From an uncultured bacterium (lineage in GTDB: Bacteria; Fidelibacterota; Marinisomatia; Marinisomatales; UBA1611), in the NCBI GenBank assembly GCA_943788175.1, contig CALSPG010000010.1, forward strand, positions 1 through 64,000: 64,000 bases of DNA. The letters are read 5' to 3'. How positions within the stretch are numbered: the first letter of the stretch is position 1; the number at the start of each line of letters is the position of its first letter. Of this stretch, positions 1 through 13,545 are shown in pieces. The translations under genes and the position numbers were made by a program. A model generated the notes under the pieces. That model made no database searches. It saw only the letters and a program-made list of their open reading frames with translations, and was not told the DNA's origin.

Positions 1-2529
1 TTGGGACAATATAAATTTAAACAAGGGTATCAACGTAACTAATAACCGTATCGATGCCACTTCCATTTGACCTAACGATATAAGGAATACCTTCAATACA
101 TTCATTAAAATCTGTCATCACATCATATATGTAGATAGTTCCTTTACTCGGAGCCATATCTTCACACTTATTTAAGATATAAAACATTGTCGGTTAATGA
201 CCAGCCCTGGTTTTAGAGCCATTGTGTCCCTAAAAGCGAGGAGCATCTCGGGAGTATTATTTGTTGGGAAAAACTCACTATTTGAAAGTAGCATCGATAA
301 CTCTGCACCTATAGGCAGAGCATTCGTAAACATCGAAATTCAATTCCGCACTAATCAACGAATTTCTAATTTTATTTCTTGTCTCGTAATCCATTTTCTT
401 CAATGGACTGTTGGCGTGTGATAAGAAAACCATCTCATCTAATATTAATGAGAAAGGCGCTACTAATCTAAATCCACCCCCAATGCCTGCGCCAGCAACG
501 ATAGTACCTCTTCCATCAATCCTTGGCAGCAGCATCAATGGTAAGCTTAGTTGGATTAGAGGCCATTAAATCAATTATTGTTCCTTGATTTGCTGCTGGA
601 GCTACAATCGTATCAAATGAAGCGACGCTATCAGTCGTCCGATCAAATATTTGAATCTGTGTACCAAAACGGTTCAATTCTATTACAGTCATCGATGTGT
701 CTAGATCTGTTGGCGGATAACCGATAGTATCAATATCAAAACTCATTCTTGTCGTATCACCAAAAAACATCCACTCCAGTAAAATCCATATTCATTTCTC
801 ACTGGAAGCTTTATTTGGCTCTTCATTATTAAGCGCTAAACGAACATCAGCTAATGTTGCGCCTTTGAAACCCTGAGGCATCTCTTGATCTTGAGGCACT
901 GATGGAAAGCCCTGAACTATATTCGCCTCTAACTCCTTGAATACTAAGGAGCCAAACCTAACTGTCAAACCTAAACCGCCAAGACTAGAGCCGTCTAACG
1001 GGATAGTAACTTTTTGCGTAGGTATGCTTACCTCTAAATCCAAATCTAATTTATCAATAGCAGAGTCAGGGTTTGCAGCCCTCATCGTGTCTCCTTTGAG
1101 ACTAATGTCAAAATTATAGGTTTCTCCAGGAGTTAAAATTTGATCAATTTTGACTGGTACATTGCCCTCAGGTACAAAAAAGTTTTTATAATCCATTAAA
1201 AATTTTATATTAAATGGAAATGTGTTGATCAAGTTTAAAACTTGAAGCCTATTGGATGTGAAAGGAACATTATCTGAGGGACAGTACTGTTCTATACAAC
1301 TCTAGGCTCGTTGATGATCCATCGTCGTTTTCCGTTGCACCAAAAGGAATTTCAGGCTTTGGAACTTCTAAACCAACTGAGTCAATAGATACATCCATAC
1401 TTTCTACACCTCCCAGACTAAATTGCACACTAAAATCAATATACAAAGAATCACTAGGAGCATTGCCCACCTATATCATTTGGAGGATATAAAGTAACAA
1501 ATGAACCTGGCGGAGCATAATCAAGTTCAAACCCCGCTGTTATTTGTAAGAGCTGTGCTAATCCTTCTCCGCCCTAAATCTTTTGTCTCATCAAGTAAGT
1601 TACCAGTCGCTATCGATGTAGTTGAGTGATTTACAACAGTATCGTCTAAGGCCTCTGTTCCAGTTACTAATCTTGAATAGGGAGAGGAAATATCTGTTGG
1701 TATTCCTCTGTTAACAATTTTTGTTGCATAAGAGCTATTATCACCTGAACTAATGTTTATTGTATCAATACTACTTATAAATTGTGGATCTGAATCTGGC
1801 AAAAGGGAATTAAGGCCAAGGTTTACAGGTGCTTGACTATTTATTGCACCAAAAAGGGAATCTAAAATATTATTTGCTGGTCCAGCAATAGAAGCGTTAT
1901 AAAAATCAGCAGAAAATGTTTTTACAGAATCTATGGGAAATGAAAATGGAGTTTCCGGTATAGTTTACCCCCTCAAATGGAACCTCCAAGGTATCTGTTT
2001 GAAACCCTACAACGGTAAAACCATCATCACCAAATATAGGAATTGGGTTACCATCAGAGTCTAATGCAGGTATTAAAGTAATTGCCGTGTCAAGATATAG
2101 TAATTGATCATAAACGACTAGAGGAATTTTGAAGGCCAAGGGTGGGATTGTCAGGTAAAGCTAAACTACTCGCATCAACGGCCTGGTATTTCAGTAGCAG
2201 GAATAGCCGTCTCTAAATAGCCACCTTCAAAATCAATTTTTAAATTTTCTGGATCTAAGGATGTAAATGGGAAATCAGCCTCATAAACAATCTGAAAACC
2301 CATCGAGTCGGAGGTTGGAAAAATATTATAATCGGGATTTGAAAGATCTCCCATTTCATATCGTTTCTGCACTAAAGGTATCTTTATGTCTAAAAACCAC
2401 GTGGGCATTTCAAATTTTTCTGGAATATCAAAAATCGCATGCAGGAAGCGTAAGCAGGAGTAAGACCCCAAGAGCTTGTAATTTACCTATTTTCCACTTA
2501 GTGGAATTTTTCCTCAGATTTTTCTTCAA
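1..2529 (-). CDS. Large lipoprotein of unknown function, split by many frameshifts and running off the left edge
   Basis: Minus-strand fragments 2175-2471, 1906-2139, 1527-1802, 1270-1470, 792-1232, 516-770 and 278-538 are co-oriented with the same acidic beta-rich composition. Reading from TTG at 2529 gives MKKNLRKNSTKWKIGKLQALGVLLLLTLPAC-DF (signal peptide and lipobox), joining DIPEKFEMPTW after removing one T from a T5 run. Confidence 0.65.
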
Positions 2530-2596
2530 AACTATAGTTAGTTAATTAGACTAACCGCTCTAGAATTTGTAGAATTATTATAAGACATGCAAAACG

Positions 2597-2626
2597 AAAA
2601 AACCCCACAAAAAAATGTGGGGTTTT
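2597..2626 (-). terminator. Rho-independent terminator of the metH-metF-metK-ahcY operon (possibly bidirectional)
   Basis: Perfect inverted repeat aaaaccccaca-N6-tgtggggtttt with a U tract on the minus strand, ~25 nt after the ahcY stop. Confidence 0.85.
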
Positions 2627-2650
2627 CATACTTCTGTCGACGAATTTATA

Positions 2651-4098
<1,448 letters not shown>

Positions 4099-4109
4099 AA
4101 CTATTTCCT

Positions 4110-5322
4110 TTATAAGTTTTGCAGCCAATTTAAGTTTATCAGCTAAGTTAATTTGTTCCCATGTAAAAACTCTCACCATTCCGACCAAAAATGTCCATAG
4201 GAAGATGTGACATAATATCTAGGTTTTTTTAGAGTCTAGATGTTTGACAATCTCTCCCGGTCTAAGCGGAAATACATCGGAACATATTTGAGTTAATTGT
4301 TCATCACTTATTTTTCCTGTTCCAAATGTTTTAACATAAAAAGATGTTGGCTCTGCCACTCCTATACCATAAGATAACTGGACCTCACATCTTTCTGCTA
4401 AACCAGCAGCTACAACATTTTTAGCAATGTATCTAGACATATATGCCGCAGATCTATCGACTTTTGATGGGTCCTTACCCGAGAAAGCTCCGCCTCCATG
4501 AGGAGCGTATCCTCCATAGGTGTCAACAATAATTTTTCTACCTGTGAGACCAGTATCTGCTGCAGGGCCTCCATAAACGAACCGCCCAGTACCATTCACA
4601 ATAAACTCATCATCATACGGGATATCATAGTTTTCCAATACCGGAATAATGATGTGATCAATAACTTCTTTCTGGACAAAGCTTAATTCATCCTCCTCAG
4701 AGCCATATTTAGCTAGCATATCATCATGCTGCGTAGCTATCACAACTTTTGTTACCTTTACAGGCTTAAAACCGTCGTATTGTACAGTGACTTGGGATTT
4801 ACCGTCAGGTCTTAACCACGGAAGAGTACCGTCTTTTCTGACTGTAGCCAATCTTTCAGTAAGCCTTTGAGCAATTTGAATTGGCAGAGGCATCAGTTCT
4901 TCGGTCTCTTTGCAAGCAAAACCAAACATAAGACCCTGATCCCCAGCACCTTGCTCTGCAACATCATCTGAATCTACCCCCTGAGCAATCTCAGGACTTT
5001 GCTCGTGAATAATTTCTCTTATCTCAACAGAGTTGTTATCCATGCCCTTCGCTTCATCAGTATAACCGATATCACTTAGTGTCTCTTTTACTATGGAAGG
5101 AATATCTAAGGAGCCAGAGGACCTAACCTCACCAGAGACGACGACTAATCCGTTTGTAACAAGTGTCTCACATGCTACGTGTGAATTACTATCCTGCGTA
5201 AGTAGGTTATCTAATATGGCATCAGAAATCGCATCGCAAACCTTATCTGGATGCCCCTCTGTCACGGACTCTGAAGTAAATAAATATTTTGACAAATTAA
5301 ACTCCTGATTAGTTTTTGTCAA
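4110..5322 (-). CDS. metK: S-adenosylmethionine synthetase, frameshifted near the C-terminus (end approximate)
   Basis: [38 protein letters not shown] and [19 protein letters not shown]; the tail YGHF...FTWE continues in other frames down to ~4110. Confidence 0.95.
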
Positions 5323-5367
5323 TAAAATGAATTATTTTAGCCTGAAAATATAGTTATTTTTTTAAAA

Positions 5368-6306
5368 TTAGTATATAGTCGTTTTTATACAAAATGCACG
5401 ATAGATGCGCGATAATTCTTGAAGCATTTCGATAGAAGCCTGGAAATTATATGACATAATATGCTCGACATTTAATCCAATGGGAACTTTGATTTTATTT
5501 TTTTCCAAATGATTCAATATTTCGTTTAAAACGCTAACTGTTATTTCCATTGATTTTTCAGACATTCTGAGCACCGTCGTTTAACAATGATTCCTCTGTC
5601 TTTTTTGGGATTTCAACTCCTAACCATTTTAAGAATTTTATGTTTTTTTCTGAGCTCACAGGAGCAAAGCTAAGCAGAACTCTCCTGGGGAATGTGTCTT
5701 TCTCATCACACCTTTTTTGGTAATGAGTAATCATTTTTATAACTTTTGAAGCATCATATAAGCACTTGAGTAGTGAAGAACTCAGAACCATTTTCACTTT
5801 TTTCAATTAGTCTTAAAGATTCTCTTTCTCTACTAGGAATTGAAATCCCCCCACACAACAAATTCAGTCTATCATTTTGACTAATTGCACTGAGCGCTTG
5901 ATTTACGGTTGGGCCCGGATATCTAATATCTCTAGGACTCCCCACCAACTGTGATTAAATTTTCAATCTCGTATTTTGAATTTGTTTCTTCTAACCATTT
6001 CATTTCATCTTCAATGTTTTGATGGACAACTACTCTATTTACGATAGCTTCAATACCTACTATGTCTTGCAACAGTTTACCAAATTCTCTTGGTTCAGCA
6101 CGTACCTGATTTTTAATTGGACGTTCGCCTCTGGCTATTTCATCTCGAACTTCAGGAATGTTAATTGCATCAATATGAGTTTGAGAAAGTAACGAACTAA
6201 TATTTTCCGCATAGGAATTTAATGTTCCATCTTTTTCCCTTGGAGGTAAAATTTCATATGCAACTACAGGTCTTCGCGGCCTCTTGATTTTATCCTTAAT
6301 TCTCAT
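5368..6306 (-). CDS. Methylenetetrahydrofolate reductase, probably mycobacterial (flavin-independent) type; 3 frameshifts
   Basis: Joined fragments give YEILPP...DAINIPEVRDE...FFTTQVLYD...SFAPVSSEKNIKFLKWLGVEIP...PIGLNVEH. It lies between metH and metK. Confidence 0.75.
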
Positions 6307-6313
6307 AACTATA

Positions 6314-9300
6314 TCAGTCTTCTTTATTATTTAAAACACTAAAATAACTTGAATCAGGGTGACTAAAGTACCATCCACTGACTGAAGAAGCTGGGTACAT
6401 AGCTCTGCTCTCAGTAAGGGTAATACCAACAGACTCCTTCACATTTAATAATTTCCAAATTTTATCTTTTTCTAAGTGATCTGGGCAAGCAGGATATCCT
6501 GGGGCGGGCCTAATCCCAGCATAACTTTCTTTAATGAGGTCATTGATGGAAGTATCTTTTTCAGATGTATAGCCCCAATAGTCTGTTCTGATTAATTGAT
6601 GCAACTTTTCCGCAAATGCCTCTGCGAGTCTATCAGCAATTGCTTTAATCATAATAACTTTGTAGTCATCTAAATCTTTCTCAAAACCTGCAATAATTGG
6701 CTCTATCCCCTTGCCAGTAGTAACTGCAAACATACCTATCCAATCATCATTTGGTGATATAAAATCTGCAAGTGAATAATTTATTTTATTTGAACCTTTA
6801 TCAACTAGTTGTCTTGGAAAATTAAAAGTCTGGTCCTTAACGTTAACAGATTCATCTATTGATTTTGCAGGAAATATTCCAAAAACAGCATCCGCGGTTA
6901 ATTTTTGGTTAATGATAATATCATTTAACATTAGCTTCGCATCGGCAAATAGTAGTTTAGCTTGCTCTCCATATTTATCATTTTTCAATATTTCAGGGAA
7001 TTTCCCTTTTAATTCCCAAGTATGAAAAAATGGTCCCCAATCAATAAAATCAACCAAATCAGCAAGTGGAAAATTTTTTAAAACTTTTTTACCAATAAGC
7101 TTTGGCGTCGGTGGAGAGTAATTCCTCCAATCATCAACAAACTTCCTTCTTCTTGCAATATCTAAACTCAAAATACTTTTTCTTTTAGCATTCGATAAAT
7201 ATGATTTTCTAATGTTACTATAATCTTTTTTTGTAGAATCAATAAAATCATCCACTCTATCTTCATTTAAAAGTTTACTCACTACACCGACACTCCTAGA
7301 AGCATCAGTAACGTGAACAGAAAAACCACTATATTGTTCTTCAATTTTTATTGCAGTATGTCGCCTACTTGTCGTAGCTCCACCAATCATCATGGGAATA
7401 TTAAGTCCGTTTCGTTCTAGCTCCTGAGCAACAAAGACCATTTCATCAAGACTTGGTGTGATAAGTCCAGAGAGACCTATTATATCAGCATTCTCTTTGA
7501 TTGCTGTCTGTATTATCTTATCAGCAGGAACCATTACACCAAGGTCTATTATATCATATCCATTACACGCTAAAACAACACCGACAATATTTTTTCCAAT
7601 ATCATGAACGTCACCTTTAACAGTAGCCATCACAATTTTTCCATTTGATTTGAATGTTCCCAACCTCTCTTTTTCTTCTTCGATAAAAGGAACAAGGTGA
7701 GCAACTGACTTTTTCATCACCCTTGCTGACTTCACTACCTGTGGAAGAAACATTTTACCCGATTGAAATAAATCACCAACTTTATTCATCCCATCCATCA
7801 AGGGGCCTTCTATTACTTCTATTGGCCTGTCATATGCTTTTCTTGCTTCTTCAGTATCAGCATTAATAAAATCAGTAATACCTTCAACCAAAGCAAAAAC
7901 TAATCTCTCTTTTACATCAACATTCCGCCAAGAAAGATCTTTCTCTTTTCTTCTTTTCTTTCCAATATAATTGCCAGCTACATTTACAAGATTTTCTGTA
8001 CTCTCGCTATCTCTATTAAAGATCACGTCTTCAATTATATTTTTTAAATCAATGTCAATATCATCATACAACGTTAATTGCCCGGGATTAACTATGCCCA
8101 TATCCATACCAGCTTTGATAGCGTGAAATAAAAAAATTGAATGCATAGATTCTCTAATTGAATTATTGCCCCTGAAAGAAAAAGACAGATTACTTACGCC
8201 TCCACTGACATGAGCATTAGGCATTTTTTCTTTTATAGTTTTTGCTGCATTTATGAATGAGATAGCATATTCATTATGTTCTTCTATACCTGTAGCAACT
8301 GCAAAAATATTTGGATCAAAAATTATATCCTGTCCCTGGAAACCAACTTTTCCAGTCAAAATTTTGTATGCACGATGACAAATCTCAATTTTCCTTTCAT
8401 AAGTATCCGCCTGACCTTCCTCGTCAAATGCCATTACGATTACAGCTGCACCATATTTTTTTATGATTGAAGCTTGATTAATAAACTCTTTCTCACCTTC
8501 TTTTAGAGAAATAGAATTCACTATTCCTTTGCCTTGGATATTCTTTAGTCCGACTTCTAGAACACTCCATTTAGAAGAATCAACCATAATTGGGACTCTC
8601 GAAATATCAGGTTCTGAAGCTATCATCCTTAAAAATGTTTCCATCGCATTTTCAGAATCAAGCAAACCTTCATCCATATTAATATCAATGATTTGCGCAC
8701 CATTTTCTACTTGATCTCGGGCCACTGACAAAGCTTTTTCATAGTCTTCATTTTTAATTAATTTTCTAAAAACAGATGAACCTGTAACATTTGTTCTTTC
8801 GCCAATATTAATAAAATTGCTTTCAGGCCTTATAACTAATGGTTCAAGACCGCTGAGCATTGTGTGATTTTCAATTTCCGGAATAGATCTAGGTTGTATA
8901 TCATTTACAGCTTCTGAAATCGCTTTTATATGGTCTGGTGTTGTTCCACAACATCCACCAACTAAGTTTACTAGTCCAGCCTGAGCGAACTCTTGAATTT
9001 CAGTTGCCATTTGTTGCGGTGACTGGTCATACTCACCAAACTCATTTGGTAATCCAGCATTTGGATATGCAAAAACAAAGGTATCTGAGGACTTTGAAAG
9101 ATCACTAAGCCAAGGTCTCATTTCTGAAGCACCTAAAGCACAGTTTAAACCAATTGCTATAGGGTTAGAATGTAAGACCGAATATAAAAAAGCCTCTACT
9201 GTTTGGCCTGAAAGAGTTCTACCACTTGCATCTGTTATCGTACCAGAAATCATTATAGGAAGCTTAATTTGTTTTTTTTCTAACACTTCGTTAACAGCGT

Positions 9301-9856
9301 ATAATGCAGCTTTACAGTTAAGCGTATCAAAGACCGTTTCAATCAAAAAAAGATCGACTCCTCCATCTACTAACCCAAGAGCTTGTTCAGCATAAGATTC
9401 TTTTAAAGTATCAAAATCTATATTACGATAACCCGGGTTATTAACATCTGGACTAAGGGATGCAGTTCTATTAGTTGGACCTATAGCTCCTGCAACAAAT
9501 CTGGGTGTGTCTGTATATTTAACCGCCTGAGATTTTGCAATCTGAGCGGAAGATTTGTTTAGTTCATATGAAAATTTCTCAAGATTATAATCTTTTTGCG
9601 AAATCGAATTTGCGCTAAATGTATTTGTTTCAATTATATCTGCTCCAGCATCTAAATATGACTTATGAATTTCAGAAATAATATCTGGTCTAGTGATTGA
9701 TAAAACTTCGTTATTGCCTTTAATGTCACTTTGATGATCTTTGAATTGAGATCCTCTAAAATCCACTTCTTCAAGTTTATAGGATTGTACCATCGTACCC
9801 ATGGCACCATCAATGACTAATATTTTTCTATTAAAAATTTCTTTAATTTTTTCCAT
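6314..9856 (-). CDS. metH: Cobalamin-dependent methionine synthase
   Basis: [30 protein letters not shown] (B12 motif DxHxxG) and [12 protein letters not shown]; 1180 aa. Confidence 0.98.
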   Translation of the reverse strand: MEKIKEIFNRKILVIDGAMGTMVQSYKLEEVDFRGSQFKDHQSDIKGNNEVLSITRPDIISEIHKSYLDAGADIIETNTFSANSISQKDYNLEKFSYELNKSSAQIAKSQAVKYTDTPRFVAGAIGPTNRTASLSPDVNNPGYRNIDFDTLKESYAEQALGLVDGGVDLFLIETVFDTLNCKAALYAVNEVLEKKQIKLPIMISGTITDASGRTLSGQTVEAFLYSVLHSNPIAIGLNCALGASEMRPWLSDLSKSSDTFVFAYPNAGLPNEFGEYDQSPQQMATEIQEFAQAGLVNLVGGCCGTTPDHIKAISEAVNDIQPRSIPEIENHTMLSGLEPLVIRPESNFINIGERTNVTGSSVFRKLIKNEDYEKALSVARDQVENGAQIIDINMDEGLLDSENAMETFLRMIASEPDISRVPIMVDSSKWSVLEVGLKNIQGKGIVNSISLKEGEKEFINQASIIKKYGAAVIVMAFDEEGQADTYERKIEICHRAYKILTGKVGFQGQDIIFDPNIFAVATGIEEHNEYAISFINAAKTIKEKMPNAHVSGGVSNLSFSFRGNNSIRESMHSIFLFHAIKAGMDMGIVNPGQLTLYDDIDIDLKNIIEDVIFNRDSESTENLVNVAGNYIGKKRRKEKDLSWRNVDVKERLVFALVEGITDFINADTEEARKAYDRPIEVIEGPLMDGMNKVGDLFQSGKMFLPQVVKSARVMKKSVAHLVPFIEEEKERLGTFKSNGKIVMATVKGDVHDIGKNIVGVVLACNGYDIIDLGVMVPADKIIQTAIKENADIIGLSGLITPSLDEMVFVAQELERNGLNIPMMIGGATTSRRHTAIKIEEQYSGFSVHVTDASRSVGVVSKLLNEDRVDDFIDSTKKDYSNIRKSYLSNAKRKSILSLDIARRRKFVDDWRNYSPPTPKLIGKKVLKNFPLADLVDFIDWGPFFHTWELKGKFPEILKNDKYGEQAKLLFADAKLMLNDIIINQKLTADAVFGIFPAKSIDESVNVKDQTFNFPRQLVDKGSNKINYSLADFISPNDDWIGMFAVTTGKGIEPIIAGFEKDLDDYKVIMIKAIADRLAEAFAEKLHQLIRTDYWGYTSEKDTSINDLIKESYAGIRPAPGYPACPDHLEKDKIWKLLNVKESVGITLTESRAMYPASSVSGWYFSHPDSSYFSVLNNKED

Positions 9857-9883
9857 AAAAAAAACCCGATGCTAATCGGGTTT
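9857..9883 (-). terminator. Riboswitch-controlled intrinsic terminator directly before the metH start codon
   Basis: Minus strand AAACCCGAU-UAGC-AUCGGG-UUUUUUUU followed immediately by AUG. Confidence 0.85.
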
Positions 9884-9892
9884 GACATACCT

Positions 9893-9941
9893 GATTTAGC
9901 ACCGTTATTTTGAGTCGCGGCAATATGGTTCAAATCACGAC
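9893..9941 (-). promoter_or_regulatory. SAM-II riboswitch aptamer
   Basis: Minus strand GUCGUG-AUUUGAACCAUAUUGC-CGCGAC-UCAAAAUAACGGU-GCUAAA: P1 stem, conserved GAUUU and UUGC loop segments, and 3' GCUAAA, upstream of the methyl-cycle operon. Confidence 0.88.
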
Positions 9942-10016
9942 GTTAAAAAGTTTTTATTAACTACGCTTCAAATATAGGACCGGATGGTACTATAATAAAA
10001 TAACAACACTTAAGCC

Positions 10017-11630
10017 TTATAATGGACCACCCTTAAGAATGTCATCATCTCCAAGATCATATATTTTATAATTATTTTTGAATTTTTTAACAAGATTACT
10101 TGCCGAAGTTTTATATTCGCTTTGATCATCCCAACTATTTTTCGGATTTAAAATATTAGAATCAATATCAAATAATGATTCCGGAATATTAAAGCCAAAA
10201 TATTCATCAATTTGGAATTCAGTTTTTTCAATAGAGCCGTCAAGTATTTTGTGAATTATTTTTCGCGTAAGCGGCAAACTTATCCTCTTCGCACCACTGC
10301 TTGCGTCAGCCCCTACCCACCCAGTATTGACCAGGTATACAGGGACATCAAACTCGCGCATTTTTCTTTTTAATAACTTTGCATATTCGTATGGATGCAA
10401 TGTTAAAAAAGGACCGCCAAAACAGGGAGAAAAAGTTGCTGTAGGCTCTGTTATACCTCTTTCTGTGCCGGCTACTTTTGCAGTGTATCCGCTAATAAAA
10501 TGATACATTGCCTGGTCTGGATTTAGCTTAGCTACAGGAGGCAAGACACCATAGGCATCACAGGTTAAAAATATTATTTTTTCTGGGTTACCCGCAATAC
10601 TATCTCGCCCTTGAGCAAAGACAGAGTTTTCAATAAAATTAATAGGATATGAGACTCTCGTATTTTCTGTTTTTGAACCATCACTATAATCAACAATTTT
10701 TGATTCCTTGTCAAAAACAACATTTTCTAATAATGCACCAGGCCTAATTGCATTATAAATATCTGGTTCTTCATCTGGATTTAAATTAATAGTTTTTGCA
10801 TAGCAACCGCCTTCAAAATTAAAAATACTTTTATCAGACCAACCGTGCTCATCATCCCCAATTAAGGGTCTATCTGGATCCGTACTTAGCGTAGTTTTTC
10901 CTGTTCCGCTAAGCCCAAAAAACAGCGCAGGGTTTTTTCCATTATTGTCAACATTTGCTGAACAATGCATCGACAATATTCCTTTTTGTGGCAACAAATA
11001 ATGCATAACTGAGAAAATACCCTTCTTCATTTCTCCACCATATTCTGTACCACCAATTATTGCAATCTTTCTACCAAGATGAAAAATTACGAAAGCATCG
11101 GAATTCATACCATGATCTACATACTTAAGGTTCTTCACATCCGATGCATTTATAATTGTAAAATCTGGAGTAAAGTTATCTAGCTGTCCATTCTCTGGAC
11201 GGATAAACATATTGTGAACAAAATGAGCTTGCCATGCCTTTTTTACTATGAATCTGACTGAAAGATTGTGATGTTTATCAGCTCCGGCAAAACCATCAAA
11301 AACATAAGTTTTTGAGTCAGATGTATTATAGAATTCTATAACTTGATTATAAAGATCGTTGAAGATATCCTCTGAAATTTTTTGATTTACTTCCCCCCAC
11401 CAAATCTTATCCTTACTTGAACTTTCTTCAACAATATACTTGTCTTTTGGAGACCTTCCAGTGTATTCACCGCTATCAATCATTGCAGCGCCACTAGAGG
11501 CAATCAAACCTTCACCGTTGTTAATGATGTCCGATACTAAATCGTTAGGACTTAAATTTCTCGATAAGACCTTATCTTGTTTTAAGCCTAAAGTGTCTAG
11601 ACCTAAATCAATTGCTTTATATTGATTCAT
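10017..11630 (-). CDS. pckA: Phosphoenolpyruvate carboxykinase (ATP)
   Basis: TGRSPKDK, YGGEMKKG, MHCSAN, GLSGTGKTTLS, LIGDDEHGW and NFEGGCYAK. Confidence 0.97.
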   Translation of the reverse strand: MNQYKAIDLGLDTLGLKQDKVLSRNLSPNDLVSDIINNGEGLIASSGAAMIDSGEYTGRSPKDKYIVEESSSKDKIWWGEVNQKISEDIFNDLYNQVIEFYNTSDSKTYVFDGFAGADKHHNLSVRFIVKKAWQAHFVHNMFIRPENGQLDNFTPDFTIINASDVKNLKYVDHGMNSDAFVIFHLGRKIAIIGGTEYGGEMKKGIFSVMHYLLPQKGILSMHCSANVDNNGKNPALFFGLSGTGKTTLSTDPDRPLIGDDEHGWSDKSIFNFEGGCYAKTINLNPDEEPDIYNAIRPGALLENVVFDKESKIVDYSDGSKTENTRVSYPINFIENSVFAQGRDSIAGNPEKIIFLTCDAYGVLPPVAKLNPDQAMYHFISGYTAKVAGTERGITEPTATFSPCFGGPFLTLHPYEYAKLLKRKMREFDVPVYLVNTGWVGADASSGAKRISLPLTRKIIHKILDGSIEKTEFQIDEYFGFNIPESLFDIDSNILNPKNSWDDQSEYKTSASNLVKKFKNNYKIYDLGDDDILKGGPL

Positions 11631-11636
11631 ATAACT

Positions 11637-12578
11637 TTACTCGCCGCGAGGATGATTTTTTTGATATACCTTTTTGATTGTTTCTAAGTTAAGCTGAGTG
11701 TAATGCTGAGTGGAAGATAGACTACTATGACCTAGTAGTTCTTTAACCGTAAGCATGTCTGCACCTCTATCAATTAAATGAGTAGCAAACGTGTGCCTGA
11801 GTGTGTGTACTGATCCACCACCCATTGTAGTCTCAAGATATTTTTTTACTCTTCTTTGAAGCGTACGTTTAGGTAATCGTGCTCCTTTTTTATTCGTAAA
11901 TAATGGATCATTAAAATCAGCCCTTAGGGACCTTCCTGTGTTTTCTAAATAATTATTAATAGAATTTAGTGCGACCTTCCCTATAGGCACAATACGCTCT
12001 TTTCCTCCCTTACCCATAACTTTTACCATTTCAGTATTTTTGTCAACATCGCAAACATTAAGTGAAAGTAATTCAGCTAATCTTAATCCCGTTGCATAGA
12101 GTGTTTCTAAAATCGCTGAATCTCTAAATGCCTCTAATTCATTTGTAATGACATTAGTAAAAGGTTGCTCCATTAGTCTTGATATATCATTTTCTTTAAC
12201 GAATGTTGGTAATAATTTTGATGATTTTGGAGTTTTTATATAAATAGTCGGATTATCTTTTATCTTTTCAAAATTATATAAATATTTAAATAATGCCTTT
12301 ATAGAGGCCAATCTTCTTGCAATAGTTTTTTCACTATATGGCTTCGCACTTTTTTTTGATGTATGTATTTTCTCCATTTCATTGGATAAAAAGCCTCTGA
12401 TGGTAGCAGGCTTTATTTTATTTAAGTTAAGCTCTAAGCTAGAATCATAATCATTACAAAATCCAAAGAATACTTTCAAGTCCAACTCATAAGATTCAAT
12501 AGTGTGCTTTGAAAAACCTTTTTCACTTTCAAGATAATCTAAAAATTCTATTTTTATAGTTTGAAACTTAGTTTTCAT
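11637..12578 (-). CDS. xerC: Tyrosine recombinase XerC-like
   Basis: ETLYATGLRLAEL, GKGGKER, HTLRHTFATH, LLGHSSLSSTQHY and HPR. Start chosen at the ATG overlapping the rluD end. Confidence 0.85.
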   Translation of the reverse strand: MKTKFQTIKIEFLDYLESEKGFSKHTIESYELDLKVFFGFCNDYDSSLELNLNKIKPATIRGFLSNEMEKIHTSKKSAKPYSEKTIARRLASIKALFKYLYNFEKIKDNPTIYIKTPKSSKLLPTFVKENDISRLMEQPFTNVITNELEAFRDSAILETLYATGLRLAELLSLNVCDVDKNTEMVKVMGKGGKERIVPIGKVALNSINNYLENTGRSLRADFNDPLFTNKKGARLPKRTLQRRVKKYLETTMGGGSVHTLRHTFATHLIDRGADMLTVKELLGHSSLSSTQHYTQLNLETIKKVYQKNHPRGE

Positions 12579-13545
12579 ATGATGATAATTTGTCCTCAAG
12601 CTTTCTTAAAACTGTGGGAATTGGTGCCTCGAGCTTTAATCTTTTCCCATTTGAGTTTAATAATTCAAAATCTATAGAATGAGCATGTAGAGCATGTCTA
12701 TTTAAATTAATGATTTCTTTAGATATAAGTTTTTTAAATTTTGAAGAATATTCATTACATTTTTTTAGACCGCCGCCGTATTTATTATCGCCGAAGATTG
12801 GATTACCATTGCTTGAAGAATGAACTCTTATTTGGTGAGTGCGCCCAGAAAGCGGTCTAAACTCAACACAAGCAAAATTTGAGTATTGTTTATTAATTTG
12901 GAAAAAAGATTTAGAATATTTTCCATTTTCATTGCCAGAGTTAAGGGTGTAAGAAGTAGGATCTGTTTTTTTTCTATTCATATACCCTTCAATAACCCCA
13001 ATATTATTTGGCCACTTTCCCCAAGTAATAGCAAAATAAACTTTATTTATTGATCTATTTTTAAACTGATTAGAAAGATTTATATGAGATTCATTAGTTT
13101 TTGCAATTAAGACTATGCCAGAGGTGTCCGCATCTAATCTATGAACGATTCCTAGCCTGTCTTTACCATTAATATCTGATAAATTATTAAAATAATGGAC
13201 TAACCCATTAGCTAACGTACCTTCCTCATTTCCAACTCCAGGATGCATAACTAAACCACTAGGCTTGTTAATTGCAGCTATATTTTTATCCTCATATAAT
13301 ATTTCTAGGTCCATTCTTTGAGGAACCAATTCATCGCTTGTTTTTGCTTCTTCAAAATAGACTTCAACTAAATCACCTTTTTGAAGTAAATAACTAGGTT
13401 TACTAGATTTTCCATTTACCAATATGTCGTCTTTTATGATATGGTGTTTAATTATACTCCTCGAGATCTTATTAAGGTTATTAGTTAGATAGACATCTAA
13501 CCTAAGATCAAGGGGTTCCTGCACTAGAAAGGATTTTTTATTCAA
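12568..13545 (-). CDS. rluD: RluA/RluD-family pseudouridine synthase with S4 domain
   Basis: RLDVYL S4 domain, NKPSGLVMHP, GIVHRLDADTSG and GRTHQIRVH. Confidence 0.9.
   Translation of the reverse strand: MNKKSFLVQEPLDLRLDVYLTNNLNKISRSIIKHHIIKDDILVNGKSSKPSYLLQKGDLVEVYFEEAKTSDELVPQRMDLEILYEDKNIAAINKPSGLVMHPGVGNEEGTLANGLVHYFNNLSDINGKDRLGIVHRLDADTSGIVLIAKTNESHINLSNQFKNRSINKVYFAITWGKWPNNIGVIEGYMNRKKTDPTSYTLNSGNENGKYSKSFFQINKQYSNFACVEFRPLSGRTHQIRVHSSSNGNPIFGDNKYGGGLKKCNEYSSKFKKLISKEIINLNRHALHAHSIDFELLNSNGKRLKLEAPIPTVLRKLEDKLSSYEN

Noticed and set aside
11637-12578. Integrase marking a mobile element
   Set aside because: XerC-like sequence embedded in a housekeeping operon, with no att repeats, tRNA or cargo.
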